In this document: piece by piece, positions 12,790-28,536 of the stretch
Layout: each line of letters opens with the position of its first letter
Numbering within the stretch: the stretch's first letter is position 1
Assembly: GCF_009914755.1 (NCBI RefSeq)
Contig: NC_060931.1
From: the human T2T-CHM13v2.0 reference genome, Homo sapiens
DNA length: 64,000 nucleotides
Strand: one strand, 5' to 3'
The notes under the pieces: generated by a model
Told to the model about the DNA's origin: nothing
The model's database searches: none
Seen by the model: the letters and a program-made list of their open reading frames with translations, nothing else
Made by a program: the position numbers and the translations under genes

Positions 12790-15700
12790 GTAAGTGTAAA
12801 GATAATTTAGAAAAAAATGAATTTCAGAACTGAAATTTGATGAATTGAATTGGTATTATACCATGAATGAACTCTTTTTATGGACTGCTCTTTTAACTAG
12901 AAGAAGTTCTTTAGGATGATACAGTGCCTTGATTCTGCTATGGAGAGCATAGTAGATGTTTCCACAGAGACTTGTCATTATTAGTTGTTTCGGAGTCATG
13001 AGAAAGAATGAAATTAGGAGTAAAAATAGAATGTCTTTTTTGAAAAATATTAAAGGTGTTATTGACAACTTATTACTGCAAGTCATTGGTTATTTAGCTG
13101 CATGCTCTGTTATTTTACCTAAAAGAAAGAAAGAGTTTAAAAAAAGTGTTTGTCACTGAATTCTAAGTTGTGTTTTTCTACATCCTCCAAGAGATTCACC
13201 TCTCTGTGATAAGAATGGTGTGTGTGTTCGCTCTGTGGGCATATTCCTTGTCTTGTTTAGAATTTGTAGGGGAATGTTATCAAACATCTGACTCCCTCTA
13301 ACTTGCTTGGGTCAGTGTTGTTACTCACTTTGTTTTCCCCAAATCTTTTGTTTGACTCTGCTATGATTCTGATCACAATATGAACTTAATTAAGTTTGTT
13401 CCTTAGGTTCTCCTTTTAGGTTTTGAGCTTTTTGAGGGCAGGGGTCAAGCACTCATCTTTGAATTGCATACTAACAGAGTACATAGCAGGCACTACAAGT
13501 ATCTCTGATTATTTTTCCCTCTTAGATATAGACTTAATGTGGTAGTTTATCTTTATAAGTTATTTTAAGATACATTTTAGATAGCAATATTAATTAGTAA
13601 TAATTAAATAAATATAATGAAATGACTTAAAGATTGTGGCAATATTTACTAATGCCGTTTGGGTGATGCCAACAATCTGAGTTGCATAGCACATGTCATC
13701 TTGATATCTGGAAGTTATATATATATTTATATGAGAAGTGTTTTAATAGAAGTAAACGATTAGCTTAATAACACAAAGTATACTTGTCAAATTAGAATTT
13801 GGGTCATTAAAAAATAACCTGATATTAATAATGAATATTTACATTTTAATTAGCTAGATTGCCTGTAATTTTTAAGATTTTGGACCAAATTTTGTAAAAT
13901 ATCATGTTATTATTTAAATGATTAGTTTTAAGTTTAAAAAAATCAGTTAAGGTTATTGTTCAAAGAAATTTATTCCTTCTTACTGTAAATTCAGCCCAAA
14001 CTATGAGGAAAAAACCCACAATTTATAGAAATGGTAGTGTTTCAATACAAAGTGAAAGCTGGTTTTAATAATCTCTTTGATATATTTTAAAATTATAATT
14101 AAGCTTTAGGGAGTGGAGTTGAAATATTCAGCGGCACCTAGTAGGCAAGAAAATAATATGTTGCCACTTAGATCTTACTTACACACAAGGCTTCATATTT
14201 CAAAGACTGATCCATTTTATTGTCTTGATCTGTTCGGGCTGCAATGCAGATAAGCAGTTCTGCTTTTATATGTGGAAAAAGAGAGGCAAACGAGGTTTTA
14301 TGTTGTCCCATAAGGGTTAGTCTCCATTATTTCTGCATTAAAGTTACATGGCGTGAGCAGTGTAAAACATGAATGCAGATGAAGCACAGTACGTAGCCAG
14401 ACATAACAGGAAGGAATCAAGGAAGTTCTGGCTACCAGACATTGCTACTGCTTTGGGGTTCCTTGTTTTCAATATGAAATTACTCTAGCAGGCCCCTGGA
14501 AAGAGTTCTAAAGGCATTATATAGATGTATAATATATAGGTATGGTTATTTTATTCATATATACTTATTTTTTTTCTATGTTCTTTTTTCCTTTATTTCT
14601 TTAAAGCACATTTTGGCTTCCAATTTGACAGTGATACTGGGCTTTTGGGGTGTGCCAGATGTAATTAGAAGTCTCTTCCTGGAAGTAAAATGTTCTGTTA
14701 GAGGTAGTTTTGATGAGAATATTCTCTCTGAGTGTTAAATAATTTTGTGATTAATTGCACCATAGTAGTTACGACTATCCATTTCCTCTAGTAGGTTAGG
14801 AAGGGAAATGTTTGAAGGAGAGGTGATTATATCTGGTAAAAAGAACTACAGAACAGTCAGTGTGATAAATGACTAGGCCAATATTGGAGTAAAATAAATG
14901 ACAAAAGTTTCTTTTCTCTCAGCGTAACACTTAGAGAATTCAGTAAGCCAGATATGGAGACTACTTTGCCAACTATAGAGAGAAAATACTGCTGATGGTA
15001 GGCAAAGTTAGGACCAATTAGTCTCTTTCAACTAAGTTGAAAGCTGTTCTGCTAGCAACTGTGAAAAGTCTTTAAATACATGTAATTCTTTTCCTTCTCT
15101 ATTACAAACACATACACCCACACATGCCTCTATGAGTCTTTGGCTTCAGGTTCTTAGACATAATTACAGCCTGAAGAGTAATTGGTAGCCAAATTTACAC
15201 TTCAGGTTTCCTAAGAAGGTGTAAATCCCAGTAGAAATGTGCCTCTGATGAACCTCATGTCTAAAAACTAGAGATTGTATTGTAAAATCCTTGGATTTTA
15301 ATTTGATAGTGTTATAAAATAGTGACATTCTAATTTTTCTTTTAAGGGATGGTTTCTGTAGACTGGTTTTTTTAAAGGATTTCATAACTTTTTCTCCCTA
15401 ATGGTAAAACTTTTCAAGCTGCCATCATTTAAAAAATAGCCATAATCATTTTATTAAGTATGAGTGTCATCATTTTTCAAAGTAATGTTTTCCAAATGTC
15501 CTATGAAACAGGCTTATAATTCCTGCAGAGAAAAGATATTCTGGAGGGGCTCTACAAATCTTAGCAACTGCAAACCATTGCCCTAGTGTGTGATATTGTC
15601 ATTAACTGACCTAACTGAACTGTAAATTGAGTTACAATGTATTTTCCTTCTTGGGTTTATTAGTGCTTGCAATCCATTTGTTTCGATTTCTGAAAACATA

Positions 15701-17770
15701 TACACTACCAGTTTCTTTAGCTCTGGGTTCGTGGAGATGTAGGGTAATAATCTTCAAATATATAGGCTCAGTCACTTATAGGCAGTGTTGTTGATTATAT
15801 TTAATTTTTTTTAACTGTGAATTCAGTCAGTACCTGGTCCAAGTAAAGTAGTGGCTACAGTTTTAGCAGTATAGTTTTGGAGGAACATTCACAGCCAAAT
15901 TCTGGTTTGAGTAATTAGCTCAGAATTTGGTTGAAAGTGTATAGAAGATAGTTTCTTTTTGTGCCTGTACAGAATTGTCAGAAAAGGAAGCATTTGTTTT
16001 TGTTGTACTAGTCATTAAAAATGAAGAAGATGGAAACAAGTTTAAGTTTCCTTGTTCTTTCCAGACTGTATCTATTAATTGATACAATCTGAAATTTTCT
16101 CTACAGTTTACTTATTGTAGAGGAAACATACTCAGTGGGTGTATTTCCATAATTTGAGGATATATAGAGTATATGGAAATTTCCTTGAAGTTGGAGAAAG
16201 TAGTGCTTTGTAATTGTTTTGTGGTGATATTGACAGTCGTGCTTTGTGCAGTATCTTAGATCATGTTACCATAATATTTTGAGTCAAAACATCTCATCAT
16301 TGTAAAGTACAAATACACATGCCTCTAAAAACCTCACAGAATGTCATGAAATAATACCCTGGGACTTTTCTTAAGAGACACCAGTTGTAATTCGCATCTA
16401 GGATTCCAGGAGAAGTGAATTTAACATCTGTTGGTTATGAGCAAAAAATGAGCTACGTAAAACTTGATGGATAATAGATTATATTGAAGAGAATGACAAA
16501 TATGCTCCACATGCTCTGAAAAAGTATTTAATTGACCTCATATATCAATATGCTTGCCATTGTTGATGATTTCTCACTATCCTAGTGAATAAGTAGTACT
16601 GGAAAGTGTACTCCCAGCTTGGATGTGGAGTAAGACATACAATTCCAATTGACTTTAGCAAAATATATTGCTAATTCCAGGGATCCTGCTTTGGGATCAT
16701 GTCTCCAAACTAACTGCTTCTGCTTTTGCTATTTTTAAGCAGCTCCCTGACTCCTCTATAAAGAAATAAAGGAATTAATGTGTGGATTCATCAAGTAGAG
16801 TTAGAACATTTTGAGTGTTCAGTTTTTCTACAGCACTATGGCACGGCATAGGCTTCTATATATTATCTTTCATCTTAACCAGTCAAAAACAGAGTTCTAG
16901 AAAAAAGGAGAGAAAACTAGGATTTTAGTATTGCTTTTCTAGATTTATAAGTAGAGAGCCTAATTTGCTTTGGTTTCAATTTCATTTTCTGTAAAAATAT
17001 TGAAAATGATTTTGAAAAGCTTTATACAAATTCTAATATGAAACTCTTCATTGTCGTATATTCAGCTACCTATTTCAGTATGCATGTATGAGTATTAAAA
17101 TCATTTAACAATTGAATGACTGTCTAAATGTCTAAAATGTCACTTAAAGTGATATGTAAAGTTAAATGGCTTGAGAAAAGTATAATTCATATAAAGGTAA
17201 TATTCTACATATTAATGTGTAAAATGAACATGGACTTCAATAGAACTTCAGAAGAGCAAATCTTGCTTTCATGTTCATAATCTGAATCTTCATCAAGTAA
17301 AAAAAGCTAAAGATTTAAAATGTTTTTGAGTAGAGAAATTTTTAGATATGGTAATATACAGTCTTAAAGATATGATAGAAACTTCATATTCTTTGCTCAT
17401 GTTTGCTGATAGTCTTGGATTAGGGTTAGAGCTCTGAAGGTCTTAAAGACTTAGTTCAGTAATTGAATGTAAGTGACTATAATGTTTTATATAGTATCCA
17501 AATGTGATGATTTTAAAAATATGATACTATTAAAGACAGATCTCATGTCTATGCTTCTTTTAAAATTTTATTTTTGCCTTGTACCTTTTGAAAATAGTAA
17601 TGAAATATGAATCATGATAATAATTTACAGTTATTTCAGCTTTGTTAAGCAAAATAGGCAGGCAACAAGCAAACCAAGATATATTGCTGCTCAAACTATT
17701 AGTAGTACAATTTTTTTTTGCCAAATTATTTGTCAAGTCTATGAATCTACATATCTCTCTTTTATTTTAG

Positions 17771-17911
17771 GCATTCCGCGAGTTATCCAATGTAAATTTA
17801 GACTTCCCCTAAAGTTAATTTGCCTACCAGGTCAGCCTTCAAAAACTGCAAGCCACAAAATTACTATTGATACCAACAAATCTCCAGTCAGTCTTCTTAG
17901 TCTCTTCCCAG
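17771..17911 (+). CDS. BBS9: BBS9 coding exon (exon 16), 141 nt, (G)IPRVIQCKFRLPLKLICLPGQPSKTASHKITIDTNKSPVSLLSLFP
   Basis: Acceptor ttttattttag|GC, donor CAG|gtaaga. Lies within ORF 17614..17955. Phase 1-1. Confidence 0.97.
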
Positions 17912-20428
17912 GTAAGACTGTTGAAATAACATGCCTGCAGCATCAAAAATGCTAAGAATTTAGAATGGAATCCTTCATCAGCAGATAATGATGGGGTAAT
18001 TATCAGATAATTGTTAAGTAAGAGTATAAAAATGCCTCAAGGATTTTTCCCTCCTTTGCCTGTTCAAAGGTGAATAGCTTATATCAACAAGGTAATAAGG
18101 TATTCCTTTTAAGTTTGATTAAAATTATCATAATAATTATTTTGCTATGGTATTCAGAAATAAAAATCAAGTGTTTCTCTTTAGACTGAATTTTTTTGGC
18201 TTGGAATGTAAATATTTATTATTCATCTTTATGGTAGGTTTTTGGATATATCTGTCTTCTAAGTGTATAAATATTTATTATTTTCATTGTAGGCTTTTGT
18301 ATGTGTACCTTTTAAAGTATATTCTTATGTCTCTGAAAAGTAATCTTATAAGTAGATGCTCTTTGTACTGTTTTATTCTGCTGTCTACAGCAGCTAGAGG
18401 GTGTGCATCCTGTGCTTCTGGTTGTTTAGAAGGGTTTCATATTTAATGCTTCAATATCACAGTGAACATTTGGGGTAATTTGTGATGGTATGACTTGGAG
18501 AGAAGTGTCAGTTTTTCTTTCTGAGTGGCTTAGAAACTAAAGAAGCTTTTTTGGATCAAACATCCTTAGTAACCAAGGTTTTTAGTGTGTCATGTCATTA
18601 ATTTTCTTGATGGTGGGGTAGAATTGAAGAATAAAATCTTGGAATTAAATCAACCCTTTTAAATCCTTCATTAAAAATCAGCACTGTTGGCTAGGAGATG
18701 CATCTTCACCTTTGCATTAGTGGATAAGATTTAGGATACAAACAATACTTCTCACAAGGTTTAGAAATTTATGGTAAGTCAACTTTTGTGTTATTAACTA
18801 CTTAAAGTGCTTAAAATTTATTTTTTATTAATTTGCAGTATTTCAAAAATTTTATTTATATATAACTCTGAAAAATCTCCAAGATTAAATATTTTACTAC
18901 AATTATTCTATTCTTAAGTGTGAATTGAGTTTGGAGATATATATGTATATATTGTTAGCAAAATATTTTTTACCTTTTGGGTTCTTTCTCCCATCTCTTC
19001 TTTTACCTCCTTATTTTTTAGTCAGTTTTCTTGTAACAAACTTGGATTATGAAAAAAACAGACTCACTACCTTTTGTAACATCTTGTATAAACTTATTAG
19101 TTTCTTGGGTCTCCTATACTACCTTAGGAACATAGTTGGAAATTATATGTTGAACACCAAATTTATTGGTGGCTTTGAAAAACGTTTAAACACCTGACTT
19201 CTGAGGAAGGGTTGATCTTTACTGTAGATAAATGCAACCCAATTAGAATTGAATAAAAACACATGCCTTTGAGCAGAAAGGTAAAGTCCATAAGATACGA
19301 ATTGTATAGTGTGTACTAAAGAAAGCTTAGATGACTTATCCATTTTCCTCCTGATTTTGGGCTCAATTGTTTTGATGTCATTATGCTCATCAGCATATAT
19401 TTGCTTCTTACTCACTTTAGGAATGGGACACAATGACAAATTTTTAAAAATTTCTTCTGGGATCCAATATATATGATATAGAGTGGTTTTTAAAAAATTC
19501 CTGGATTTGTATTAATGTTAAACATGCTGGATGGAATCATGTGCTTGTTTAAAATAAGTATCACTTCACTCTGATAAAAGTAAGACTTAGATAAAGTTGC
19601 CATTGCAAATCTTCTGTGTCTGTTTTTTTTAACTGAAAGAAGCAAAATTAATGAGCTTTATAGAGAAGAAATAAAACAACTTTTACTCTACATGTCTTCC
19701 CATTTGTTTATTCCAGTTCTCTTTCTGTGAACAAATATAGGTATATTTAAAATAGCTTTAATTTTTCTTATTACAAAAGAAATGTGAAATTTAGAAAATG
19801 TGGATAACCAAAAGGAAAAAAGTGAATGTTACTAGTAATTCTACTATCCAGCAATACCTTTTTCTGTTTCATTACATTTTTCTAATCTTTAAATAAATAT
19901 TTTTTCTAAGCATTTATCCCCAAAAAGAATTTCACTTGTCATTCTGTTTTGAGACATCTTTTTACACCATTAGATATTTTTGATATATGATTTTAATGAT
20001 TACATAGTATTCTCTCATAAATCCATACTATAAAATCATTTGACCAGCATTATACTTTTAGATATTTACGTTGTTTTTAGTTTATTAATATTGTAAATAT
20101 ACCTGTGATGAACACTGTTGTAACAATACTTCTTCAAATTTATTATAGTTTATTTGATGAATATTTAAAAGTGGAATTGCTGGGTGAGACAGAGAATCAG
20201 AATGTTTTTAAAACTTCTGAAATATAGTGTGAAATTGACTTCCTTAAGGAATACCAGTTAACCCTAACAACAATGTTTGAATAAAGGCGTCCAGTACCCC
20301 AAACCTTGCCAATAGAGAATCTTATAAGAAAAACCTTTTAATATGCTTAATAATTATATAGAAAACATTTATTTACATATATAAATAGCTATCTGGGGTG
20401 CTTCTGGCACCCCAGAAAAGTGAATTAA

Positions 20429-20741
<313 letters not shown>

Positions 20742-21155
20742 AAGACATTTCTTTATCTCATATAAAGAGGAATCCAGAAGTGGGCAGTGGAAGCTGTGGC
20801 AGTAGTTTATGACTGTTATGAAATACCTAGCATTTTTTCTTTTTTTGTAATCTACCATCTTTAGTGTGTTGACTTGTTCCACGACAATAAGATATTTGCT
20901 TCAGCTTCAGGCATCATATCTTACTACAAGGTAGGAGGTAGGGGGAAGAAATAGCTATATAGTAATGATGATAACTTTTATCAGAAAAGGATTTTTTCAC
21001 AAGATTCCCTAGGAAATTTCTGCTTAGGTTTCAATAGCCATAATTTTTGTCACATGGCTTCCTTTAGCAGTACAAGAGGCTGAAAACTAAATGGGCTAGA
21101 GAAAAGGGGGTTGGGAACATGTGTTAAATTACCTGACCATCAATGTATGTCACAA
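20742..21155. mobile_element. MaLR LTR relic (MLT1-like)
   Basis: Degenerate MLT1-type motifs (aatccagaagtgggcagt; tgtcacatggcttcctttagc). Approximate. Confidence 0.5.
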
Positions 21156-23011
21156 TACCAGTAGTTTTATACAAAAATTTTACTTAAATGTAATAACAGA
21201 TAAAATGTCATTTGATAATAGTCTTTTATGTTGCTCAAGTATGTTTCTACATTTGCTTGTCAATACATTTATATTTTAATAGTTACATAATATTCCATTG
21301 TTTGGAGGTGTCATGTACATACAGATTTTTTGTACTTCTCTATTTCTCTTAGGAGAAATTCTTTGGAGACAAATGCTTGAGTTAATGGGTATGCATATTT
21401 GAAAACTTTATTCAAATACCAGCTGCCTTTTTGAAAAATTGTATCACGTTATACTCCCAGCATCAAGGTTCATGCGCATGATAGCAGCTGGATTCATTAA
21501 ATCTTTTAAAATTTTTGATATTATTAGGTAAAAAATGACATTTCATTTTTAACTTGAATTTCCAATATGTTTAATTTTTCTTAACTACTTGCATTTCTTC
21601 TTTTAATTCCTTCTTTTAAGGTTTATATTTTTAGGTAGTAAAATTTCTTAATTACTTTCTTCGTAGTTTCAGGTTTTCATGTTATGCCTGCAATGATCTC
21701 TATTCTAAGATTATAAAATACTTACTTATTTTTTCTGGTACATTTTTATACACTTTTGTTCTCAAACACAGCTTCAGTGCATATTTTTGTGCTTTTAAAA
21801 AAGCTTAAATTGAAGTATGACTTTTGTACCATAAATCACACATTTGAAGCGTATAATTTTGAAAAGTTTGATTTCTGTATTTATCTGTGCAACCATCTCA
21901 ACGGTTAAGTTGCTGAACATATCCATCACTGCCAAAAGTTTCCTTTTGTCTATTAGTAATTCCTTATCCTGCATCCCAAGCAACCACTGATCTGCTTTCT
22001 GTTACTAGAGATTAATTTGCATTTTCTAGAATTTTATAAAATGGAACTATATAGTATATGTTCTTTTTCATTTGTCTTCTTTTGCTCCTTTATTTGATAT
22101 GTGATTTGCAAATAATTTCTCCCAGCCTGTGATATGTATTTTGATTGTCTTAACAGAATCTTTGGAAAAGCAGAAGTTCTTAATCTTCATAAACCCCCCC
22201 GTTTATCAATTTCTTAATGGTTCATAAATTTACTGTTACATCTAAGAGATATTTCCTAATCCAAGGTTGCAAAGTTTCTCTCTCTTTTTTTTTGATAGAA
22301 GTTTTCTAGTTTTAAACTTTACATTTAAGTCTCTTCCCCATTTTGTGCTGATATTTATGTGTGATGTGAGGGATGGATGAAATTCATGTTTTTGCATCTG
22401 GGTGTCTAATTGTTACAGCACTATTTTTCAGACTATCCTTTTCCACTGAATTGCCTTTTCAACTTTGTTGAAAATCATCTGACCACATTTATGTGGGTGT
22501 ATTTCTGCTTTCTTAATTTTGTTCCATTGATATTTTTGTCTATTGCTATATACCAATAACATTGTGTTTTGATGACTGTATATTTATAATAAGTCTTGAA
22601 GTCAGGTAGTATAATTTCTCCAACTTTATTCTTCTCAATTTTGTTTTGGATATTTTAGGTCCTTTGCATTTTCATATGAATCTTAGAATCATCTTGTAAA
22701 TTAAATAAAACTGGCTGTTGGGATTTTGATTGGGATTGTGATTGTATTGATTCCATATATCAATTTGGAGAGAACCAATATCTTAACAATATTGAACATG
22801 GTATAATTTTCTCTCTGTATTCTAGTTTTTTTAAGATGAAAATGCAGACCATCGTTCATTTATTTAGGGTCTATTTTGTTTCTCTCTGTGAGGGTTGGTA
22901 GTTTTTCATGTACAGGTTTTACAGATCTTTTGTCAGATATATCCCTATTTCATATATTTTTATGCTATTGTGTTTTATTTCAATTTCAGATTGTTCTTTG
23001 CTAATACATAG

Positions 23012-23395
<384 letters not shown>

Positions 23396-23808
23396 TAGAT
23401 TTAATCAGTCAGATTTTCTACATAGATGATCATGTTACATGCAAATCAAAACAGTTTTACTTCTTCCATTCCAACTGGATTGTTTGTTTTTGCTTGCTTT
23501 TTGCCTTGGCTAGAACCTCTGGGATAATGTTGAATAGAAATGGTGAGAACAGACATTGTCTTTCACCATTAAGTATGTTTTAGCTATAAGTATTTTTTAG
23601 ATTTTTTTTTTTTTTTTAACCAGGTTGAGGAAGTTCCCTTCTATTCCTAGGTCGCTGAGACTGTAATCAGGAATGGATATTGGATTTTTTCAAGACTACT
23701 TCTACATCAGCTGAGACATTCTTATCGTTTTCTTCTTTATTTGATTAAATATGGTGGATTACATTGATTAATTTTTAATGTTAGCCCAACCGTGCATTCT
23801 TGAGATAA

Positions 23809-24164
<356 letters not shown>

Positions 24165-24460
24165 TTCACTATATTTTTAGATTTAATTTGCCAAACTGTA
24201 TTTTAGAATTTTTGTATCTATGTTCATGAGAGAAATTGATTTGTAATTTAGTTTTTTTCTACAGTTATGTGAATAATTTTTACTCCATCCCCCCACATTT
24301 TATGTTTTGATGTCATGAGTTTCTTATATCTGGATATTTATACTTCTCTCCAGATTTGGAAGGTTTTCTCTTATTGTTTTGCTTGATTCTGTTCCCTAAA
24401 TCTTGCAGCCTTTCTTCTTTCCTTTCATTTTTTTCCTCCTCTCACTGTATTTTCTAATAA

Positions 24461-25033
<573 letters not shown>

Positions 25034-26302
25034 TGAGCTTCCTGAAAACAATTATTTTGAATTCTTTGTTAACCTGTAGATGTCCATTTCTTTGGGGTCA
25101 GCTACTGGGAAATCATTGTGTTCTTTTGGTAGGGATATGTCTTCTTTGTTTTTCGTGTTTCTTGTTGCCATACTTTGATGCCGGCACATTTGGTGGATCA
25201 GTCTCCTTTTTCCAACTTCGTGTGCTGATTTTGGTACGAAAGACCTTCTTCTATGGGAAGGTCAAGGGTGCTGGCAGTATGAGATGTAGAGGTTCTGGCC
25301 CTGGCAAGGGCATAGCAATGTAAACTGTTTGCAGCTCTCTTAGCTGTGGTTGGTGTTGGTTAAGATTGCTGGTATCCTCAGTTGCCAACTCTGTGAGTGT
25401 TCTCAGCAATAGTGAGGGCTATTGGGATCTTTAATGGCAGTGGATGCTAGGGTACTCCCAATCTCTTTTTCTCCCACCAGGGAAATCATGGCCAAGGGGA
25501 TCCCTCTTGGCACTCTATCTGGCTTGTGGGCCAGTTTCCAGTGCCTGATGAGTGGTACCTATGGAGATGCCATGGAGCCAAGTCCTGAAGCATGGGTATG
25601 TGTAAAGGGACTTTGGTTCTGGGCTTTGGGTGGTAATGGCACCAGTGCCTGGGGCACAGGAACCCCCACTGCTGTGTTGGTGATGGTATGTGAGGCATTA
25701 GTGTTTATGAAACAGCCGGGGAGCCCGAGATGGGAGCATGGATGTGTGCAGTTACTCTGGCTCTGGGTTACAGGATGGGACCTTGTCCTCTATGGCAGGT
25801 GATGTAATGACTGAACCATAGGAATACGCAGAGAGACCTTAGCTGTAGGACCTCGGGTGTGAGCTGGCTCACTCTGGTGGTAGCTCTGGTATCTGAGACA
25901 TGGATGGGCATAGTGCAGCCACAGAGCCAGTGTCTGAAGTATGCACATTCATGAAGTGACTGTGACCTGGGGGTTAGGGGAATGTGCAAGGTTTGGAGAG
26001 GTGGTGGTTTTGGTTCTGGGGTGGTACAACAGCAGCTACTTCTTGAGCAAGGGAATATGGAGCCATGCCTTCCTCTCTGGGGTTCCCTGGTGGAAATGGC
26101 TATTGGTTACCTCAGTGGCAAAAGATGCTGGTGTCTTCTGTGAAGCAGGCTGCTGGGAACCATGGAAGTTCCCACTCCACGGCTGTCACCAATAGGCTGT
26201 TGCCTTTATTCTTTGTCACTAGCCATCTGTAGGCATCTTAGGTATGCCGATATAACCAGCCATTTGTTCCGTTTTGCTGCAGCTTCTTACATGGGCCCTT
26301 GA

Positions 26303-26760
<458 letters not shown>

Positions 26761-26769
26761 TAATATTTC

Positions 26770-27460
26770 TTTTCTCTGTCACTTTGTCTGTAAATTGGTA
26801 AGTTGGATCTACAGCTAGCAGAGTCAAGATTGACTATTCTGGCCGGAGTTCTTCATGGATGGTAGTATAGACTTTCAGCAAACAGAGGGCACATAATATT
26901 TGTTTGTCTTTTTTTGTGTGTGATGGTAACAGCCATTGATATCCAATGCTGAGATCCATTAGTTCACTACAGGCTGAAAAATAGATATTTTGTTTCTTTC
27001 ACACTTTCTTCATTTTTTAGCTGGATTATTTCTACAGAGAGAACCTTTCCTTTAGTAGTTGTTATATGGTGCAGTTTGAGTAGGGTTTTCAGGATAAATG
27101 CTTGGTTCTTTCCCTTTATTACTAATTTTTAAAATATTTTAAATAAATAGAGCTTAAAATAAATAGTATTGATTCTCTAGGATCATCCAATAGTGACCAT
27201 TTGTTTTTATTTTGTTTTTAAGTCTCTGTATGAACTCATGCCTTTAAACATATTTGATGTGTTTTACTCCATTGCAATTATTATTTTCTTTGATACTCTA
27301 ATATTTTTATCTCTGGCCAGTAGTAGTCTCTTTAAGCTGGCTTTCAAGTTGTTTTCATAAAACCCTACTGGCTCGGTAATAGCTTCCTTGCTATCTGGCA
27401 TGAAAAGATATTCTAAGTTCATCTTGCACGTGTTCTGTCTCATATGTGGAATCAACCATT
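26770..27460 (-). mobile_element. Old L1 (L1MC/MD-like) 3' fragment
   Basis: Motifs such as tttaaacatatttgatgtgttttactccattgca and gatattctaagttcatcttg...tggaatcaaccat. Confidence 0.55.
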
Positions 27461-27683
27461 AGAATAAATGAAATTAAATGACTCCAGAGTTTTAGTGTAA
27501 GGCAGAAATTTCATTAATTGGAAGCTACTATGGAAATCAAGGTGAATATATTATAGCTCACACATGGAGTTTATACATGACTAGTGACATAAAAAACACG
27601 CATCATTCAACTAAGGTTCCTATTTCAAATGTGTTCATTTTGCCTTCTGGTTACATAAGGTGATTTCTCTCTTTTCTTTGTAG

Positions 27684-27779
27684 GTTTTGCCAGTCAGTCA
27701 GATGATGATCAGGTGAATGTAATGGGTTTTCACTTCTTAGGAGGTGCTCGAATTACTGTTCTTGCTTCCAAAACTTCTC
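27684..27779 (+). CDS. BBS9: BBS9 coding exon (exon 17), 96 nt, (G)FASQSDDDQVNVMGFHFLGGARITVLASKTS
   Basis: Acceptor cttttctttgtag|GT, donor CTC|gtaagt. Phase 1-1. Confidence 0.97.
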
Positions 27780-28490
27780 GTAAGTAAAACCATGTTATCA
27801 TTGCTTTTTAAATTTTTTTCTAAGGATACCACATCACAGAGGATACTCACATCAATAATTCCTGCAAAGGGTGATGTTCATTTAGATTTCAGTAACTAAA
27901 AGCCATGATATTAAGTAGATAGGATGTGAAAGTTATGAAGTGAGGATTGTGTTTTATTAGAGAACACTGATGTTGCCCAAGATTACCTTACCATGATCTA
28001 AATTTCACCAAAAATCAGATATGTAACTGATATATTCACTTTATCAGAGTGTATGTAATTTTTGTCTTGGAGCTAAGAAGAGTCTAAGAGAGGAATTTAA
28101 AGAAATGAAAAATATTTTTGAGGTAGGTATATGGTGAACTAGATTTGGGAACTCCTAGAACTTGGAATTTTTTTGTTTGCATATATTCTTGTTTATTCAT
28201 TTTGGACATTGGCAAAGATGACAGTGAAAGTGGATAGCTTTTGCTGAGTGTAATTTCAGTAGGCAGAAAGGTGTAGTAACTATATAGTCAAGTTTGAATT
28301 TAAATATGCTTTATTGATTTGGTTGCTTTATGTATGCGAGAATAATAGTCGAAACTAGTCAATGTAAAACTAGCTCTTGACATATGTAGTATACTGAAGC
28401 TACTGAGCTTACTGAGTTATACACACCTTCATGGGAATAAAGTAAGATATTAAGAAAGGAAGTATTTAACGAATCTGTATTGAGAGAAAA

Positions 28491-28494
<4 letters not shown>

Positions 28495-28534
<40 letters not shown>
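28495..28534. repeat. (CA)n microsatellite, about 20 units
   Basis: Seen directly. Confidence 0.98.

Positions 28535-28536
<2 letters not shown>

Noticed and set aside
17614-17955. ORFs 11077..11289, 17614..17955 and 47862..48116 as standalone genes
   Set aside because: They are BBS9 exons with intronic read-through on either side.
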